Below the pieces are notes generated by a model. The model did not search any database and had not been told where the DNA came from. It saw only the letters and a program-made list of their open reading frames with translations. A stretch of DNA of 63,059 nucleotides, the filler included, from Sluysia triapertura (Eukaryota): NCBI GenBank assembly GCA_046118255.1. It is 5 parts of 5 records of this genome, joined end to end, with 100 filler letters (N's around TTAATTAATTAA, not from the genome) between each part and the next. Parts side by side here need not be neighbours in the genome. Positions count along the whole stretch, not along the records: positions 11,706 to 24,208 come from JBJNIA010103211.1; positions 24,309 to 35,276 come from JBJNIA010190764.1; 3 more parts are not named here. The stretch is one strand, 5' to 3'. Both the position numbers and the translations under genes were made by a program. Below are positions 12,846-25,863 of the stretch, piece after piece (the stretch's first letter is position 1; the number at the start of each line of letters is the position of its first letter).

Positions 12846-14290
12846 CAATTTGGAGCCCCAAATGAAGAATTTCTTAAAGAATCTATATTTTTGTTAGTTT
12901 TCAAGAGTTTTTATTAAACTAATGTTTAAAAAAGATTTAAAAAAGAAAAAATGCCAAATATCAAGGAAAAGAAAATAGGCACAATGAACGAAAATATAAT
13001 TACAAAATGCCAGATCCAAGAATCACCCACTACTTAACCAAGATTTAAAAATTGACATGATGAATCAAAACTTTTAGAATTTATATCCGAATATAATGAA
13101 CATCTTATTTATCTGAACAAACTTCAAATATATTTAAATTTATTCCAGCCTCAAAATTGAAAACAGCATTTATTAATGATATTACAGCAGAAGATATTAG
13201 AAACTTAAGAGGTTATTTCGATAAATAATACAAAAAAGATGAAACAGTAGCGGAATATACTTATTACTGAAAAATCTTACCCTTTTAAAATTGATGAGGA
13301 AGAAAGAGCGAAATTTGAAAAAAAGTTGCTGAGATTTTAAAAGGAGTGAAAAACAATAGGAACTTTATTAATGGCCTCAAATATTGAAGGATATAAGAAA
13401 AAAATATTGAAGGCTTTATTAGAAAAAGCTAATTGGAATTGGAAAGACATAATAAACAATTAGCATTCAAAGAGATAGGTCACGTGCAAGATCTCCTAGT
13501 ATAAATAAGAATAAAAAATTAAATCATGGTGTTCTAAAGCAGACAATTAAAAAGGAACAAAGGACATGAATATAGCTCGAAAGAAGGATCAAAACACACG
13601 AGTAAAATTTCTAGATAAAGAAAGAAACTACAATTACAAACCATATGAAATATTCATTAGACGACGATGATAAAATAGTAGATCATGGGTAACCAACACA
13701 AGATCACAAAAAAGAAATATTAATAAGCGATAAGTAATAGAAATAGAAAAACGCAACATTTACTTATTAATAATAATACTAGATAATGAAATAGATATTA
13801 ATCTGGAACAAGAAACTAAGTGAGTTAATAGAAAAAGTATACCAGAAATTCGAGAATCGAAATTCAGTAGATGTGGATGAATGGTTATTAGAAATTCTGA
13901 TAATGAACAAAGTGAGTTAATTGAAAATAAATCAAAAGACAATGAAATTAAGGGTGAAATAAATAACTATGATAACATTGTAAAACAAATCTATGAAATT
14001 CTGAAAAGTTTTACAATTCTAAAAAATCTAAGTCACGTAGTTAACCAAAAAATAGGTTAAGCCAGAAATAAGCCATGGTAATGATATTAAACAAATAAAA
14101 ATTAAAAATCGAAAAAGTTATAAAACAAGAGTGAATTCAGTACTGAAAACCACAGGTATGAGAAAGAAGTTCAGTTTTAGAAAAAATGTAATTAAAACCA
14201 ATGGAAAAAATTAATATAGGTGTATAAGGAATCGAATCTACGAGAAAATTCCGTCACATGACAGAAATGTGAGAAAAGAGCAAAGATTAT
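12846..14290 (+). mobile_element. Decayed gypsy-like 5' region: putative LTR end, PBS-like site and gag remnant
   Basis: ..TTAACA then TGGAGCCCCAAATG at 12851 (PBS-like). Downstream A-rich coding-like remnant with KKDETVAEY (gag-type motif) and a degenerate zinc-knuckle-like stretch near 14220-14270. No intact ORF. Confidence 0.45.
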
Positions 14291-14703
14291 AGAGCTTCTA
14301 CGTAATAATATAGTCAATATTTATCAGGAAATATACATATTCTGTAGTGCGATTTTCGATAATAGGAGCCAGTAATATTTTCTATTGTAGTGTATTTCAA
14401 TGTAAATTTAATTATAAATTTGATTTTGCATACTTAGAAAAACACATTCAAATGCGGAATGTTGAATCATTTTAAGCATAATCCATAACAATCATGGTGA
14501 AATAAATGATGCATTATTTTCATTTATTTTAATGAAATTTATTATAGTTCCTAAATATATGATTTTAAAATTAAATATAATTAATTGGAAAAAATACCAA
14601 CTGATGTAAAAACGGTTGTGATTAATAAACAAGTATCTTCATAAAACGTTTTAAACAAGAATAAGAAAAATCATTTTAAATATTAACCAAATGATTTTAA
14701 TAC

Positions 14704-15054
14704 CTTGCATGATGCCAGCTTCAGTTTCTGAATTATTTGATCCAAGTATTGAACTTTGATGGCCACTACACTCCATATTTGAATCATTAGTTCCATCAAT
14801 TCTATTAATTATATTAGATTCCCAAGGACCAAGTATTCGAACATACGCCAGTGGAATTAAGCCTTCATTTTCTCCTTCATCTACAACTGACATTTCCATG
14901 TTTGACTCATTCAAAACACTAACTGGTCGACCACTCCACCAATGATCACTCACAAAATCCTCGAGTATTACTTGGTCGCCTTTTTGAAAAGACAGTTCTG
15001 ATTCAGTTTGACCATTAAAATCTGCAATTGCAACGGCTAAGTATGGCGGAGAAT
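14704..15054 (-). CDS. Internal exon encoding an SH3 domain (host gene not identified)
   Basis: ttcag acceptor and gtatt donor; 351 nt, phase 1-1. SPPYLAVAIADFNGQTESELSFQKGDQVILEDFVSDHWWSG...EGLIPLAYVRIL matches the SH3 consensus ALYDF..ELSF..GD..WW..GLIP..YV. Confidence 0.88.
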
Positions 15055-15449
15055 CTGAATTTTAAATTACTGTATGATATTTTGTTTAATGTTGATTTAA
15101 TGTTTATTTACATAATTTGTTTAAATATTTATAAAGTTATTGCTCAATATAATTTAAAGGTATACATTTATTTTATAATAGTTTATTTTATAATACTGCT
15201 ATGACGAAAAAAAGTAAAAGTAAGGTTAGTGATCACAATTTGATAGAATTTAAATGGTCACATGTGTGCGACGAAGGAGGATCTGTTAAACCTTCAATTA
15301 CAAATAATTTATCAGAAAATGTAAAACAAAAAATTAAATACATCATGCTTTGAATCAGTTATGTTTCTTTCTCTTGGAATTGCCCAGTTAGTGAGTAAAA
15401 AATAGGTTAAAAGGTTAGCGAATTTAAAAAAATGTTGAAAAAGTGATAT

Positions 15450-18100
15450 AAAATATTTGAAACATAATAACATGAGAACATTTCTAGAATAAGAATGAAG
15501 AAGAAAATGTTTATAATCATTTTGAAACTGACGAATACCTTGGAGTTCCAAAGACATTTGTGGGGTATTAAAACCCTTAGGAAAGCTTAAGAAGGGTTTG
15601 GAAAGATGTTTTGAAGTATGAAGATGCTTTTGAGCTTCTGAACCTTGGTATCATTTGAGACCTTATTGACATTTTGGAACATTTGATATTTTCGAGACTT
15701 TAGTAAACTTTTGATACCTTCGAGTGATTGTATAAAGTGTTTGGAATCTCTTTACCAAATCATAAATTTGATATATTAATAATTAACACAAAAAAGTAGA
15801 AAAACATCTAGAACCCTTTGAGCACTTTATAAAGTATCTAAGAACTTTATAACCACAGTAAAACCTTTAAACATAAAATAAAGTTAAGTCAAAGTAATTA
15901 ATTAATTAATTAAGAAAAATTATGTTTGTGCGAATAAATTTTGAATGCGGAATGTTATGTTAAAATTGTAGTTTTAAAGAGATCTTTCGATGAAAACAAA
16001 GTTTGACCCATATTGAGCAAAGTCGAATTTTTACTAATTTTTAATTAAAAAATGTTGAATTTTAGAATGATGAAAAGATAATAAATCAAATAGGAAATGA
16101 TTGCTATAAAAGAAGAGAATCTAAAAATGAGTTTGAAATGTTTGTGAAATGGTTTGTTTGGGAATGAGAACCTTAAACATTTTCCATTAAAAATTGAGTG
16201 CGAGGAACTGAAAATTATTTGAATTCCAAAAACCAAAGTGAAATTCATCATTTTAAGTATGTTGATAATAATAACAATTGTTATTTTAATGTAAGTAATT
16301 TATGAAAAAATAGATCGATTAGAGTAGAAGAAAAATTCCTGATTGTTAATCAAATTTTTATGTTCTGTTTGACAGGTCGTAATTGTCAAAATTATTATGG
16401 TGGTGTGGTGGCCAACATTTCACTTGGAATTTAAACTAATAATTCATACCAAATATCACATTTTCTTACATCTTACATTTCGCTTCCTCAGACATATTAA
16501 AACCTTCTTACATTTCAAAACATTTAAAATTCACAATCTTACATCAAAACCATACTTACATCCAAAATCATTAATGCACATTTAAATTTCATTTAGGACG
16601 TCTAACTCATAATCTCACAACATTAGAACTACAATTTACATCTTAAACTATCAACGTACATTTTAAAAACTCATTAAAAACATTTTTACACATAGTTCAA
16701 TACCAACATAATCAAAATCATATTCTTCAACATTGCACAATTACTTTTTTAGAATGTACCAAAACCTAGACTATAATTTATCTTCTTCACATTCACTAAA
16801 CCACTCTCTTTTCAATACATTTTCAAGTCATAATTTTCTAATATCCAAACTTTACCTTATTCAAAACCTTTCAAATATACATTTAAAACTAATCCAAAAC
16901 ATTTCAATTCCATAATGTCTCAACACTCAATCTTGTAGATCATCGAAAAAATAGTAAAATCACATTTTAGAATCAATTTAAAACACAGTAATCAAAAAAG
17001 AACATCAACTAAATAAAGAACTTCAAATATGTTGAGAATAAGAAAGAAAGAAAGATCATGCAATTTTTAAAGGGTTTATGCGATTTATAATAATAATAAT
17101 ACTAACATTATTATTATTATTATTTTAAATTTTAATTTTTCATTAAATTTTCAATTTTTTAATTTTACTAACTAGTAATTACAACTATCAGTGGTGACAC
17201 TGTTGGTTTCCATGTATAAATTGTTGTTATCATTGATAATGGTTGGCATGTCAATGTGAAAAATAAATAGTGCTATTATTGGTTGTCCAACCAGAGTAGC
17301 TCTGTTCATTATTTTTATTACTCTGGTTGAAGATATGAATTTTTGATTAAAAGCTCGTTCAGAATTAATAAATGTTGAATTACACAGTATGACAACCCCA
17401 AGAATTAATGATATAGAAAGTCTTGAAATGACTATTCTACGATTCGATGTTGTAACTGATGGCCTCAGTGTACAAGTTAAACTTGCAGAGTAATTGAAAA
17501 CAAATACCAAAAAATGTGATTTAATTAATAATCTTTTATTTTTAGATGAACATATTTTCTACTATGATTATTTTTGTGGAATCAAAGATTTAGTAAATTA
17601 CATTAGTCGTTCTGTGGGAAACAGGTTAATCGAATCCAAGAAGATTATTTAAAACAATCTGATTTGCATGTTGAAGAAATTTTATCCCACGTCAAATAAA
17701 ATGCCGATGGTCCAAATATTATTTGTCATAAACATAATTGGTCAGATGTGATTAAAGTTATTAAAAGTAGATATGCATATGATATATTTAAGCAAAAGTT
17801 TGAAGTAAATTTATGTCTTTATATTTATTTTGTAAAAAATGATTTTGAAACTATGAAAAAACAGTTTTGTGAGTTTTATGTAGACTTACAGAAAAATGAT
17901 GACCAGAGTCCCACTCTTTTTAGTTTAAATATTGATAATGACAACGAATTAGAAATTATTCATAAGCATTTATTAATGATATTAATAAGTATTTATTAAT
18001 AAATATTAATGACTTATTTTTTAAGTATTACTTATTTGATAAACATGATTTGAATGTCACATTAAAGAATCTAAGAGATGTTTTCATTATGTTGGAAATA
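15450..18100. repeat. Large modular interspersed repeat (copy 2)
   Basis: Homologous blocks to 600-2800 and 62690-63059. ORFs 902-1087 and 16397-16585 are near-identical translations. Confidence 0.8.
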
Positions 18101-18249
18101 AAAAAACCAATTCAACATAATCGATTATATAAATGTCAATTAGAATTATTTAAATCATTAGTAAAACCGGAAACATTTAGGGAACTTAGAATTTCGACGC
18201 CTCCAGAGATTCCACTCGGCGGCAATATATACTCATAAAAATTTGGCCT

Positions 18250-18681
18250 TTGAAAGAGAGCTTTTTTCAGGTTGATACATCCACTAATGAGGCTCAAAGG
18301 ACAAGATCAGATCTGGATGACGAGTCACAACACTTCAAGTCTGGTTGGTGTATGTATGCTGTGATTCCAGAAGGACAATGTGCAAAGTTCGGTAATAATT
18401 GTATTTATGCACACAATGCAACTGAACTCGCGCATAACTTTTCTTGGACTTCGAACCTAACGGACCCTATTCATAAAATAAGACAACTCATATTATCATT
18501 GGACACAAGGCCATTCTATAACAACAATCATCTTGACTCAAAAGTAATTGTTAATTTTAACTTGATTCATAACTTTATTAGTAACATCAATACCTATTTA
18601 TATTATGTTGTTTTCTCTAGAATCTTCTACGAAGTGAATCTGAAACAAGCTCGGGATAATATAATCAAAAAAGAACTTTAA
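18250..18681 (+). pseudogene. CCCH zinc-finger-containing gene fragment
   Basis: FKSGWCMYAVIPEGQCAKFGNNCIYAHNATEL has a C-x9-C-x6-C-x3-H pattern with a YKT-like lead-in and an AH..EL tail, as in Roquin, TIS11 and HELZ-type fingers. Upstream frames 17330-18240 are broken. Confidence 0.65.
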
Positions 18682-19559
18682 TATTAAATGTTTATATTTT
18701 TGGTAATCATAATAGAAATTTTTTAATATTTTTATGCTTTCTAACGTTACTAAATTTCTATTAAATTTAAATAAAAATGTTAAAAAATTTTTGTTATTTC
18801 AATTCGTAAAATCATATTTTCTCAGTAATATAATAAAATCAAAATTTTTAATTAATACAAAACATTTCATATCACACAGAGATTAACGCTTTTATTAAAT
18901 AACAAACAAAATAGAACGAAATTGTAATATATAAACATACGTAAAAGTTAGATTTTCTTGGATCATACTCTTCAGAGTCAGTGATATGTGAATTTCGACA
19001 ATTACTAATGGGAATTTTCGCAACTTCTTTTATTTTTTCTCTTTTTCTTACGTATATAAAAACTGCTTTAATTTCACACAACTTGCATAAACGTATATGA
19101 CAAACTAAATGTAAAGCGGTAAGCAAAACCATATGTATCGAGTTATTAATTCAAAAGGAAACCGTTGCTAATATAATAAATTTGAATCATTCGACGTGTT
19201 TATTTCATATTGATTATTTTTAGCATTATTCATTTTGGTTACCATATCGATTTATTTTATTTGATTTCTTTATATTATTTTTTAATATTTATTTTTCATT
19301 GATTTTGTAATAATTATAAATATCTTTAATTTTGGAATTATTTTCTAAGTTTAATTCGTGTTTTGACTTTTCGTATAATAATTGTTTAATTTTCGTTCAG
19401 TTCATAATAGGTCTAATTATATCAATCAGAAAACTGAATTGTAAAAATCGTAAATATATAAATTTAAGCACCAAAACACATGCGGTGAGAAAGGTAAACA
19501 TTTATTTAATGAAATTAAGTCATGAAATTATTTTGCGAAGTTATCCATTTACTTGATTA

Positions 19560-20000
19560 ATTTTTCTGAAGCCTTTTTAACAAACATCGCATAATTTATA
19601 AACTTTCGCTACTTTTCTTTTGTATTCATCAAATTCCACTTCAAATTTTGACTCTGTTGTTTGCTCAAATTGGTTTAACGTTATCAATTTATTTTCTTGA
19701 CTACATTCACAGTTTTCACAAAATTAGCTATTATTTTTAGTACCCAATCATTTATAAAAATTCGTCGGTGAAATATCAAAATCTGAATTAAATTCTGTAA
19801 TGCGATCACCATTACACTGACCACAATGAGCACATAAAAAAATTATTTCTAACGCTTCGAAATATTAATGAATACTTATTGCAAAATCAACAATTTTCTT
19901 CGACTTGCGAGCTAAAGAACTTTTTCCATAATATTCTTAAAATAAATACAAATAATACGGATCCCAGAAATTGTAATACAACCAAATAATTTGCATTTAA
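19560..20000 (-). pseudogene. TMEM201: TMEM201/Samp1/Ima1 N-terminal zinc-finger domain pseudogene
   Basis: Hydrophobic segment, then VEENC*FCNKYSLIFRSVRNNF / LCAHCGQCNG..FCENCECSQENKLITLNQFEQTTESKFEVEFDEYKRKVAKVYKLCDVC. The four CxxC pairs align with TMEM201 NCWFCN..CPHCEQYNG..LCKRCNHHQ..YKLCRPC. Stops and a frameshift present. Confidence 0.78.
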
Positions 20001-22239
20001 ATACGCGATCATCTGAAAGCACAACAAATAAAAACTGCCTTTTAATTCGATAACAAAATTTGACAGAAGTTAAATAACTCTTGAAATTGAAATGTTTAGT
20101 GTAAATATACAATGAGCATGAAGTTAAGAAACTATACAAAAAAGAATAAATGAAACATTGTAACAACAATAAAAGTTATTACAGCAATAATAATAGTCAC
20201 AACATTAATAACAATAATTACGGAATTACTATGACAATTTAGTATTATTATAGTGATAATAATTGTTATAATAACAATATAAGATTATGGTAATTATAAA
20301 TTATTATGACTGTGTTTGTGTTTTGTATGTATTGAGTAATCTGTTTAATAATTTATTTGTATGGAGTGTTGATTTGTGATGAAATGTGTTTGTAATTGTG
20401 ATGAGTTGATTTAGAGTTCACTACAGGATACTAATAATTAATGATTAAAGTATTAATATTAACAATAATTATTGTATTAGGTTAATTTTCACAAACTCTA
20501 CGATAATGAGAGTTGCAATGTAATAGTGATAACATAATGGTAATAATAATAACTCTAGGTTACAACAACATACATTAAAAATATTATTTTTAAATTTCAA
20601 AACATGGTTTATGCAGCCTTTGTGGTAAAAAATATTTAAATTGATACGAAATTCAGTACAAAAAGAATAAATGAATTCAGATTTACTTTAACAATAAGCA
20701 TAACATCTGACATCGTTCAAAACCATAAGATCGAAAATTTAAATACATCAAACTTGGAATAAATTAATCTTAAGTAAAAGAAATACAATAAATGAGAAAT
20801 GATTTATTTCCAGGGAAAATAATTTAAATGATTTAAGTTTGTATTGGTTTAGCCAAGAATAAAATAAAATAAATCCTTATTAATAAATAACTTTAAAATG
20901 TGTTTTAAAATTTAATAATTAATTTTATATTAAAATTTTTTCTTTTATTCTTATTTTTTTCTACATTTGAAATTTAATAGAATAACTTAATAGTTGATAA
21001 TTTTGTTTTTGTGAGAAATTGATCATTGAATTTAAAGAAGAAATTTAAAGTTAAATAATTTTTAAATATTTAAAACATATAAATGCGCATAATTAAAATT
21101 ATAAAATAATTTTGCAGTAGGTTGTTTCAGTATAAACACCGGGAGTTATCTACAGAATTTGAGCTAAATATATATATTTAATTATAACAATAATTACTAT
21201 TAAATAAACTTAAAATAAAATTATTTCGATTGACAATTAAAAATTAAATTTAAATTAGGGCAAAAAATTAAGTAAGTGAATTTCATAAAATATATAAATC
21301 GTTTTTAAAAATATTACGCATTAGCAAAATAATAAACTTATTAACTATATTTGTCGAATTACAATAATAAAATAAAAATAAAAACAAATTACAACACGTA
21401 AATTAAAGTTATTGTAAAAATTAGTATCTATAAAATTATTATCTACAATTGGCGAATTAAAATAATAAAATACAAACAAAAACAAATTACAATACATAAA
21501 TTAAATATTATAATAAGCATTTTTGTACAAAAATGTTTTGTTTTTATCTTTAACATTTTTTAAATTAACAATGATAAAAGACAAATAATTGAGTCTCAAT
21601 CTCAATATATTATAATTTTATCAAAATGTATCAGAATAAAAATCAAAGTCCATATAACTAAGTCTTTTAATTAATTATTCAATAAAATAAAACTCAATTA
21701 TAATGCCCAATGTCAGAGGTTAAACAACATATTTAAATGTTAGTAACCAAAATACAATAAATAAATAATAATAATAAAGACTAAACTAACCACAAATAAG
21801 TTGGCTTAAAGATAAAATTTAGTCAGATTTTTAAAGATTTTGTATGGTTCAATCAGCCTTTTTACAGCAAAAGTATTAATTGTTCTAATAATTATCTTTG
21901 TGTTTGGATAACTGTTACGACGTTGGGAATTCAACTTAATTATTTCTTGGAGTCGGTTTTATGCCGACCAATTTTATTAATCAAATCTTAATATTAATTT
22001 TCCTTCGAATTTCCGTTTAATAATGTCTAACAATTATCCAGAGATAATGAGTTTTGTGGCAAATAAACTCTTATTTCTTCAAAATAATAAAATTAAATTT
22101 TAAGATCACAGTTATAATAATAATTATCAATAAAATAATAAATTAATTTAAATTGAATATAAATCTAATCAACGGTACATCACAAGTCAATTTCAATAAC
22201 ATATTGTAAGAAAAATGTTGAGTAAGACATACAGAATAG

Positions 22240-24110
22240 AATAAAAGATGAGTCCACCAACGTATTGGACTTACTGACTTAACGGCCAACCGTTGGATTT
22301 GTCTTATAAATAAGGTATGGAGGTCAAAAAATTCTAATTTGAATTGATTAATAAAGTTTCAATCTGAATCGAATAATATTTTAATTCGGTTTTCTCTGAA
22401 CCGGTGAAGATTTTAATCAGGTTCTTAAATTGAACCTATAAGTTTATACAAGTGGTTTTAATGAACCTGTTCTTTTTAATTAGATTTTAAAATAAAAATG
22501 AATTAAAAATTAAAAGTCTATTATTAACAAATCTAATTGATATAAATAACTATCTTTAAATTCTAAAATTGCATTCTAATTTACAATATACACGGTTTGT
22601 TTTAATTTACAATATACACGGTGTGCTTTATTTAAATTCTAACATTTACATATAATTAAAATGGTCAAATTTATCTACACATTAAGTAATTTTCTTCTAT
22701 AATATTGATTTGGTCATATTATAATTTATTTATTCTATCGTGTTCATTCATTTAGTTGATATGTGCTTGTTTGACTTGATTTGTACTTCTTAGTACTTTT
22801 CTTTTCTTTGAGATGATCAAATGTATCTTATAAATTAATATTGTTTATAATTCTATGATATTATGTTATTGATGAAACCCTAACTTGATTCATGATTCAT
22901 CACAACCTTCTATAATTCTCCAAAATGTCATAATAATCATTTATGATCATTTAAAATATTATTTTCCAAAAAAGAAATTATTTCTCGAAAAAAGAAAGTT
23001 CGCTTCTAAAAATAAAATAGAAGCTTCTAGAATGTTCTAGAACATTATATCGATTCTCATTGACTGATTACTAGTATATAAACTAGCATCAGTTTAATGA
23101 GAATCGCCATCTTGAAAATTTTAAAGTGTTCAATATTCAGAAGCCATCTTAAAATTCAATAAGCTTTCACAGGATTTTATGAATAAATTTAGAGAAGATT
23201 TTCCTTAATTCCATGTAAGTGTACGTTATTTTTTGTAAGGTACCGATATATTGAGGGGCAAAATACAAGTAAAAAGACAAAATTAGTTTTAAATTTAATA
23301 TTTATAAATAATATTATTCTTTCTTTCTTATTATAAGTTCCACAATCTTAGTAAATTATTGAATTTGTGAATAATAAAGTTTTGTATTTGTGGTTTTATT
23401 TCATTGCTAATTATATTGAAATAAGCATTAATTATGAAAAAATTATTGCAAAAAGGTCCTTAGGTATTTATTAAGTATCAATTTGATTAGTAGTTTTGAA
23501 GTTTTACGATTAGGATTAAAGTATTTATTAACTTATCAAGTTACAGGAACACCAAGTCGTATACTGTAACCAGACCCTGCTAAAAAATATTTTGCCGTAG
23601 ATAATCCTCAGTCTTAGTTTTAGAACTGTTTATTTTTATTATGATTTATTCTAATTCTTTAATTTCGAATAGAATAAAAAGTACAACATGTCACTTGAAT
23701 TCAATGTCTGTAGATTTCAAAAATTGATTTTGTTTTATTCGATAAATTTATAAATTTTTTGAATTAATGGTTGAACTTGTAAAATATCAGAAGCGTCACA
23801 AAATTCTTTGTTTTGAAGAGTAAGAAAAACAATAAATATGTATCAGTTAAAGAACGAAATCGAATTATTATGTGTCACATATTAGAGTTCACAGAAATCA
23901 ATACAATGATAAATTGCATACACTCAAAGATAATGCACACAACAACTGAGATAATTGATGATTCAAAACATCATCTTACAGTCTTAATTTAACTTTAAAT
24001 AAGTTTATATTCCAAATAATTTTCAATTATAAATGTTGTGAGGTAAATCAGCCTGACTGCAGATTCATTAAATCATAAAATTAATTTAGTAACAGTCACT
24101 AAATCAATTT
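22240..24110 (+). repeat. Long LTR-like interspersed repeat with CCAAT/TATA-like core
   Basis: Inverted homologues: 22930-23110 ~ rc 55540-55690; 23545-23590 ~ rc 54960-55025 and rc 35625-35680; 22245-22440 ~ rc 39270-39490. Direct homologue at 41740-41800. TATATAAA at 23075. Confidence 0.65.
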
Positions 24111-24132
24111 TGAGTGAAATCGTATTAGTGTA

Positions 24133-24192
<60 letters not shown>

Positions 24193-24208
24193 TATTATTA
24201 TTATTACT

Positions 24209-24308
24209 NNNNNNNNNNNNNNNNNNNNNNNNNNNNNNNNNNNNNNNNNNNNTTAATTAATTAANNNNNNNNNNNNNNNNNNNNNNNNNNNNNNNNNNNN
24301 NNNNNNNN
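24209..24308. other. Artificial contig linker
   Basis: N-TTAATTAATTAA-N; the preceding contig ends in (ATT)n. Confidence 0.97.
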
Positions 24309-25863
24309 TATACGTGATACGGAAAAAGCAGAAAAATTAAGAATAATCAAAATAATTATGCTACGTGGAATCCAATACCATTATTTTGGAAATTTGTGTC
24401 CGTAAGCAGTAAAACCGCCAAAACTATTTCCGTCATTTCTTATACAGGCTTGGCCAGACGCCTATTCATCAGACTTTTATATTGGTTTATTCATTGAAGG
24501 ATTAATATGTAAAATCTTATCTATTTTATATGGTATGTCATTACTTAAAATGAGACGGAGATGTTTCAAAAGTATTTCAATTGTTATTCTCTATAACACT
24601 GAAATAAACTTTAATATTTTCCATATTTTTCGTGAATCTATGCTTTTCAGTTGGACTTTTGTATGCTGCAGTGATATGTTGTAAAGCTTGCTAATATACA
24701 AGACTATCTGTTTTTTTAAGTAAATTATCTTATGATTTAAAAAATGTTTATTATGTGAATAAAGAAAATCTTGTTATTAGAAACAAAGGTTACTGTTATG
24801 ATTCCTTTTTGATAGCGTTCAGAGAAATTATTAAAAGTAAATTGTTCGAAATTTATTGTACACATTATGATTATACTCGTTTATTAAAATATCCATTTAC
24901 GGATTCATCACTCGAAACTATCTGTTACAAAATTTTCGACTATTTTTCGTGTAGTTTAACTGAAAATCACATAATTAATTATCATGTCGATAAAATAAAG
25001 TTTAACATTCGAGGTAGTTTCAATAAAGAAAAATCGCATTCAGTGAATATTATTATAAACTCTAGACAATATATAATGATTATGATTACATGTTTTGCTA
25101 TTTCTCTTTTGTTAAACATTGTAATTTTACTTTATCGTTTATTGCAAAATAAACAATTAATCAAAGATACGCTATCACTTATACTATCGAATTTCAATAA
25201 GTCTGTTAAGAATACCGAATTGTCCTGTGTAGTACCGCTAGTTTTATTATTAATCTTGTTTATCTTCTTTGTTTACTTGTTATATTTTATGTATAATACA
25301 ATATCATACTTTGTTACTGTTGTAAATTCGTTGATTTTTACAGGCCCTAAGCCTATTTCGTTTATAATTATAAAGTCAAAGTTAATTTGTTTTTTCTTTA
25401 TTAATGTTATAAAACTTTTTAACAAAACATTCAAAATAAATAAAAATATTAATGATTTTGTAAAAATAAATTTATTATCGCCCTCAACACCCTTACATCT
25501 TCATGGCTAAAGACCTTAGGCAAGATATGCAGTGATTGACTTGTTATCGTTACCTACCTCTAGTTGACTCCTTACGACTTAGAACATCTGAGTGGTCACA
25601 GTCGTGCATGACTTTCTTGAATTATTCTTTTCTTGCATTTTTTATTCATTTTTATTACAATAAATATTTTATATTTTGTAAAAACACTATATTATTATTA
25701 TTTCTTACAAACATCCTCGTCATCCCGATTCTTATCACCTTGATATACTACGTTAAAATGTAATCCACTGCAATCAACACCCAACTCAAAGTTAATAGAA
25801 CCTGCTTGTTTGTAACACACTATTTGAAATTTAAAACACACTCTTACCGATCATCATACCAAA

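Noticed and set aside
19880-19895. TGA at a conserved Trp (NC*FC), suggesting an alternative genetic code
   Set aside because: Host exons use TGG for Trp and TGA as stop; this is ordinary pseudogene decay alongside other stops and frameshifts.
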